A DNA stretch of 56,808 nt, the filler included, from Dimargaris cristalligena (taxonomy: Eukaryota): the NCBI GenBank assembly GCA_003614675.1. It is 3 parts of 3 records of this genome, joined end to end, with 100 filler letters (N's around TTAATTAATTAA, not from the genome) between each part and the next. Parts side by side here need not be neighbours in the genome. Positions count along the whole stretch, not along the records: positions 37,953 to 56,808 come from ML002751.1; 2 more parts are not named here. One strand, written 5' to 3'. Both the position numbers and the translations under genes were made by a program. Within the stretch, counting starts at the first letter, position 1. Each line of letters begins with the position of its first letter. Positions 51,436 to 56,808 of this stretch are shown piece after piece. Below the pieces are notes generated by a model. That model had not been told where the DNA came from and did no database searches. It was given only the letters and a program-made list of their open reading frames with translations.

Positions 51436-54400
51436 GGCGGGCCGACTCGGAAGTAAATCAGGTGTGAAGGTGGATATCGCTGGGTCGCCGGGGTAGGTTA
51501 GGGGAGGAATGAGCGGGGAAGACGTCTAAAGAAGGAAAGGGCTCAGAAATTGGAAAGAATTACACACGAAAAAGACTTTAAAAGACGAAACAGGCTCTGG
51601 TTTTCACGTACTTCCAAAAGATTCCCTGGATATGTAGAGTGCAGCTGGGTAAAAGGTGGGGTGTATTCTCCCTCTCCCCCCCTTTTCTTCCCCCACCACC
51701 AGGTGCTTCCCTATAGGGCTTAGGCGGGTCTTAACAACCAGGCGGAAATATGACAATGGGGTAATATAAAGGGAGGAAATGGGTGGTACCACACCCCATT
51801 CATCTCTCCCTCCACCAGTGATTATCTCTTGCATGCCAAACATATACCATAAATAGGGTAGCCTTAGTTAAGCTTTTGTGCACAAGGCGGTGCTAAAAAA
51901 GCAAAAACGTTGGCGTAATCGGCCAAATAATATATATGCAAATCAAGCTGATGCATCCGGCAATTAAAGGGATGTGTAATATGGAGTTGCTCGTGATTCA
52001 TCCTCCATAAGCGGAGAGTTGATTATTCGGCCATGGGTCTTGGGGACTCCAATATAAATGTAAAGTGAGATCAACTAGTTATCCTTGACAACTAAATCGA
52101 CTTACAATGGCCAGCCACGATTTATTAGATTTACCAAATGCATTTTGTTCAAACGACCCGCGTGATTACTTCTACCCGACCCTATTCTGAAACCAGGGCA
52201 CCCTTTTTACATTTATCTTCCAAGGCACAATAGTGAATCCCCCGCACCAGTGATATTATCCGACTGCCGTCAAGAGTGCACGGCTAATGATGCCCCACTG
52301 CCCCCGATTATGTATACCGTGGCCTCACCATCTGGCTTCATTAAGTCGACTGGCCCTATAAGCGTATTTCTAGCCCACACTCAATGGGAAACGCCAACAG
52401 CAATGAGCCTTGACTGGTCTTTTACAATATATATTGCTTTGACAATTAACCCATACCGTAGGAAAAATTACGCGCGTTTTTTTCGGAAACGCTGCTACCC
52501 ACCGATCCAGCCCAACGACCACTAATTAAACCGATGGGACTCCTACCATGTCTGTTCCACTGTAACTTTAGTACAGATTATATATACCAAAATGCATTCA
52601 CTGCAGTGACTGGTACCATTATGAAATGTATAACCTAGGAAAGCTGACACGAAGTCCTCAGATATTTTAGGATTGGTATCCAATCTATATAGGATACTGT
52701 CAGCAATGGGGTTTTTTTATCACAACGATACCCGCACCTTCAAGCAGTTGGCTAGTATACTAGGCACCGTGGCTCGTCTAACGAAGTTGGTAGAGGCTAA
52801 TTACTCCGGTTTTTGGACACTTTGGGGATATATAAATTTAGTAAAATCGTGCACCTACAGTCTGTTGGTAATAATGGAAATCCCCGAATAGGTACACCGG
52901 TTCACATTACCGAGCCTACCACCAAAACCAAGAGTGGGCTTACAGACTTGGGACTCAGCAAACTTCACGGGTTTTCATGATTCAAGCAACTTTTTATCGA
53001 CTCCCCAACCTGGCCAGACATACTACATCCATTCCTCTTTTAATACAAACACCTCATCCCTACATGACCATTACTATATATTCATATACCTGGAAGTTTA
53101 TATTATAGGTACTCGCTTGTTTTCAATGGTTTTAGCTCCTAAAAGTTAGTTGCCACTGCGTTGCCCAGATTCTTTATATTTTTTAATTCATTGATGCATT
53201 CAATTAATGTATTAGTGAGACCCTTACCTATAAAATATTTATTAATGAGTGGACTCTTCCATGTCGCTGATTTCTGGAAGAAGAATACTCAGGAACTACT
53301 GTGAGTACCATTAGCCTTTTCTCCGCGGATACTACTTACACGTACGCATTGCCAATAATTCCAACCTCGCACGTGGTCCGTTTGTAGCCAAAACCAACCA
53401 TAACACCTTGATCACTGGAGCAGCTAGATGATGCTAACCTTGTAGCCCACGCTTATCGATGGCATCTTACCCCAATCCAATATGGGTATACCAGCTACGC
53501 AGGTGTGTAACACCCGGGGTTCGGAAAATCTATGAGGAGTGAGGCCTAAAATACAATGATATTCTTCACAGAACCCCTCCTCCTCAATATAAATACCATC
53601 AGTTGGAAAGGAACAGGGGATTTATAGACCATATACCTATTCGCGGAGCTGAACAAACCTCAAACCTGGTGGTACACACACGGTGACTACTGGAGTAACT
53701 ACTGCAACCCCAGTTCCTGGGCCCACCCTGACATAACCAACGTGGTAGTCTATAGGTACGTCAGTGTAGGAGAAGCGACTAAGGATACTACCCCTTCAAT
53801 TACATGGGGCGGGGGGGTGGGTTGCACTTGTAATCTGCCAGGAGCGACAGGGGCTTTCACCAAATAGCCGGATTAAAAAAAAAAGGAGTGACATTCACCT
53901 AATGAGCAAGTTAGTGTGGGGCTCCACCCAGTAAGGATAATGGCTTAATAAAAAGACGGAATACTTGAGCAATATCCCCTGGGGTGTCGTAAGTAAGAAA
54001 CCCACTAACCCTCAGGGGTTCCCTGGCCCTGGACTAGGCATAAGGACACATATACAGATATTACTCCGCGATAGGTAGGAATTGGTGAGTCCAAAAAGGC
54101 GTGTCACCCGCCTCCTGCGTCACCTCCTTTACCCATCCTTCATTATGCATAGACCACCAGGTACGATGGTGCAGCCAGTAGTGGTAGATGCGGATGGTGT
54201 CAAGGGTGCATGAGGGATTGTCAGTAACCATTAACTGGACGGCCAAAGCCAGCCATTGTGATCAAAGCCTTGAATGTACCTAGGGGTATATTTTGCTGTA
54301 GCGGGGCTAATAAATCGTAGTTACACCCAATTGTATTCCAACCTTCAATAAGTCTAGCAGGGACTATTATTGCACCCAAGATCAGGTGAAAGAGGAAATG

Positions 54401-54440
54401 GTGAGTATAGTCAGTCGCATTGTCTTGGGCACAATGTAAC

Positions 54441-54584
54441 ATATGGGAGTAGTTCAACCAGGCTGTATAACGAAAAATCCATTTGATGAGGCAAATACTA
54501 CTGGCTGAAAATAAACATCCCACCGATTTTCCCATACGCATAACAGTTAAAACCTTATACAACCGAGCTGCACTTCACCCATAT
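54441..54584 (+). mobile_element. MITE copy (subfamily B)
   Basis: ATAT-GGGAGTAGTTCAACCAGGCTGTATAA ... TTATACAACCGAGCTGCACTTCACCC-ATAT; TIRs match at 19 of 26 positions. Confidence 0.92.
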
Positions 54585-56723
54585 CTATACTTACCATTAG
54601 CTAGCAAGCATCATTTATACACCTCGTAAACTATACGTATGGCCATGTATGCCACTTATGGATGTTACTCTTCACCTATATCCCCTTCCTCTTTTATCCA
54701 GTTGAGATTGTCATTGTATCCACCCTGGACATTAATCACATGCCCCCCAGTTTGGGTGTAACATCATAGGCTCACCTTATTTAATTAGAATGGTAATTCG
54801 GAGGATAACTTCCCACCACTTACACGGCTAGACTAATCTCCATATGTCCGTTTCCTAGGGGGTTAAACCCTCGTATTTAATCATTTTCAATAGGCATTCG
54901 CCCCGGCTCTGAAACGAACGTTTTTTGTCCGACCAGCAAATCTAAAATTGGTATATAATCGAGATAGGCCAACATACCTCCCTCATACATACACATATAT
55001 ATATGTATATACTCATCTATTACACACTTTTAACGGGAGGATAGTTATGCGAATCTAATCCTACTTGAAACAGCGATTATAATGAACAAGCCGATAAGGC
55101 GAAATCAAGAAGCCTAGACACCGGAAAGAAATGTCCGGACGAAGCGCCGCTTTAAAATACACTAGGCCTCCCTACTATTACAATATTAGAATAGTCGAAT
55201 CGTCCGATTCACTGGATGTACTTGATGAATCGACCACACTCCAGTTGGACTTGCTTATTGGGAGGGGGAAGGGATACTGTCACTAATGGGGAGATGATGC
55301 TCCACCACTCATAGCTCTTTGGGGCTTATGTCGATCGGGTTGACCCGTGATTGACGTCTGGTCGGCTATCCCCCCCTCCTCACATCTACTCTTGTCCATA
55401 AAGTGGCCCAACCGTCTTTCTGCCTCTTTTTTTTTTTTCCATTAGTACACCACCTACTTATCCAGCTTGTCGATTGATCATGCATTGGGCTATCGGGAAC
55501 TGGTATATGAAAGTAGAATTAGTAGTATATTAAGCCTGCGATAGTCCCGGGGGGTGATTGACGATACGCTGTTGTAGAAAATAGAGCATAGCCCTTTGTT
55601 GAATGATGGTAGTCGCTCTTGGTGGCAAATCCATGGGTGGTGAATTGGGAAACCCCGAGTTACCGTATGGGTTTGTATTATAAACCCATTTATCTAACAC
55701 CCCCAACCTTAAAGAAAGGGACGCCGATAGACTATAGTATTGCGACTTAAGGACCAACATGGGATAACAATTGCCTGTAGACGGTATACGACCTGTTGTA
55801 ATTATACGAATCAAGTACATATGCGATTTATATTCCTATAGGTTGGCTAGCTACTGGCGTAACTCGCCCGCTAATAACTACGGGAGTTTAAGCATACTAA
55901 AGATCTGTAGCTATATTATCTGTTAATACTGGGGGCCTACAAACTCCTTCCATTTACATTTCCGTAGGTATATTATGTTTGATGTATATATTATTCCACA
56001 ATAGGCTAACCCGGCGCTCCCGCTCAATAACACCAACAAAGCAATGCGATGAGAAGTTTTTTCACATCCCAACCAATCCACCCGCCATCCACCACCTATC
56101 GGATAATCCCTAGGTTTGATGAGCCGGCCTATAAATGGTCCACGGACCACATGGGCCATAAATATTTTTCGCCCCTGTGGTCTAATTTTCGTCAGCTGGG
56201 GAAAAACAAGGAGAAAGGAGCGGTGGTGGGTGGTATGGTACCGAAGGAGTCGAGCGACGGGTTTTAGATTGGTATTATTCAGGGGCAGGTTACCTGGTGG
56301 ACTCTGCCCGAGAAACCAAAAACCCAGTTTCGGATAGCTTGGGCGACCCCTACTCGGCAATCTCTCTTGTTAAACCTAACCGAAGGAGGCAAGACATGGC
56401 ATCGTTCGCAAGGTGGAGAATGGGTGTGAGGCTACTCATAATTTTACTCACACCGGGTTGCAGTGTTGGAGCAGTAAAGAACCCATAGGCGATGGTGGCT
56501 GGGTTACTGATAATATCTATCCAACATGATATCCTCGGTTCGTGGGCTATTGATTCCCCACAGCCTCTAGAGGTTGTGAGTATAGAGATCAACGCGTTTA
56601 CGCGGGTTCGACGTGTTGGGGTTACACACTTGCGGCGGAGTTTGTATAGGTCTGGTTTGCAAAGGCAACTAGGTAATCCGATTTTTTCTGATTTGGGTAG
56701 GGTTACACGAAAAATCCGCCATT

Positions 56724-56808
56724 ATATGGGTGAAGTTCAGCTTGGTTGTATAAGGTTTTAACCAATATGTGTATGGGAAAATCGGTGGGATGTTTATTTT
56801 CAACCAGT
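56724..56808 (-). mobile_element. MITE copy (subfamily B), truncated by the window/contig end
   Basis: ATATGGGTGAAGTTCAGCTTGGTTGTATAAGGTTTTAAC...GTATGGGAAAATCGGTGGGATGTTTATTTTCAACCAGT is close to the reverse complement of the 3' part of the 54441 copy. Confidence 0.9.

Overview
This is eukaryotic (fungal) genomic DNA. The intron style and gene content (ATP14, HAUS3, DNAJC9-like) suggest an early-diverging fungus, which I infer but cannot confirm. The window is three separate contigs (1-18884, 18985-37852, 37953-56808) joined by artificial N44-TTAATTAATTAA-N44 linkers, so adjacency across linkers means nothing. Recognisable spliced housekeeping genes are ATP14, importin-alpha, a DNAJC9-like J protein (truncated), TFB5, midasin/REA1 (5'-truncated), HAUS3-like, RPL11, UBC12 and TAF8, plus tRNA-Glu(TTC). 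Less ordinary content: (1) a 136-bp MITE family with ~26-bp TIRs, always flanked by ATAT, present on all three contigs, including a tandem array with one copy nested inside another that reveals the empty and filled target site; (2) a divergent TM9SF/EMP70 locus with a cleanly spliced lumenal domain (including an 18-nt micro-exon) and a decayed nine-TM half; (3) a 69-aa two-exon orphan gene missed by the ORF track; (4) a 447-aa secreted orphan; (5) an intronless APH-like kinase with catalytic HGD changed to HGE; (6) a ~1-kb strongly CpG-depleted relic. Family assignments come from motifs recalled from memory, not from searches. I see no CRISPR array or prokaryotic defence system.
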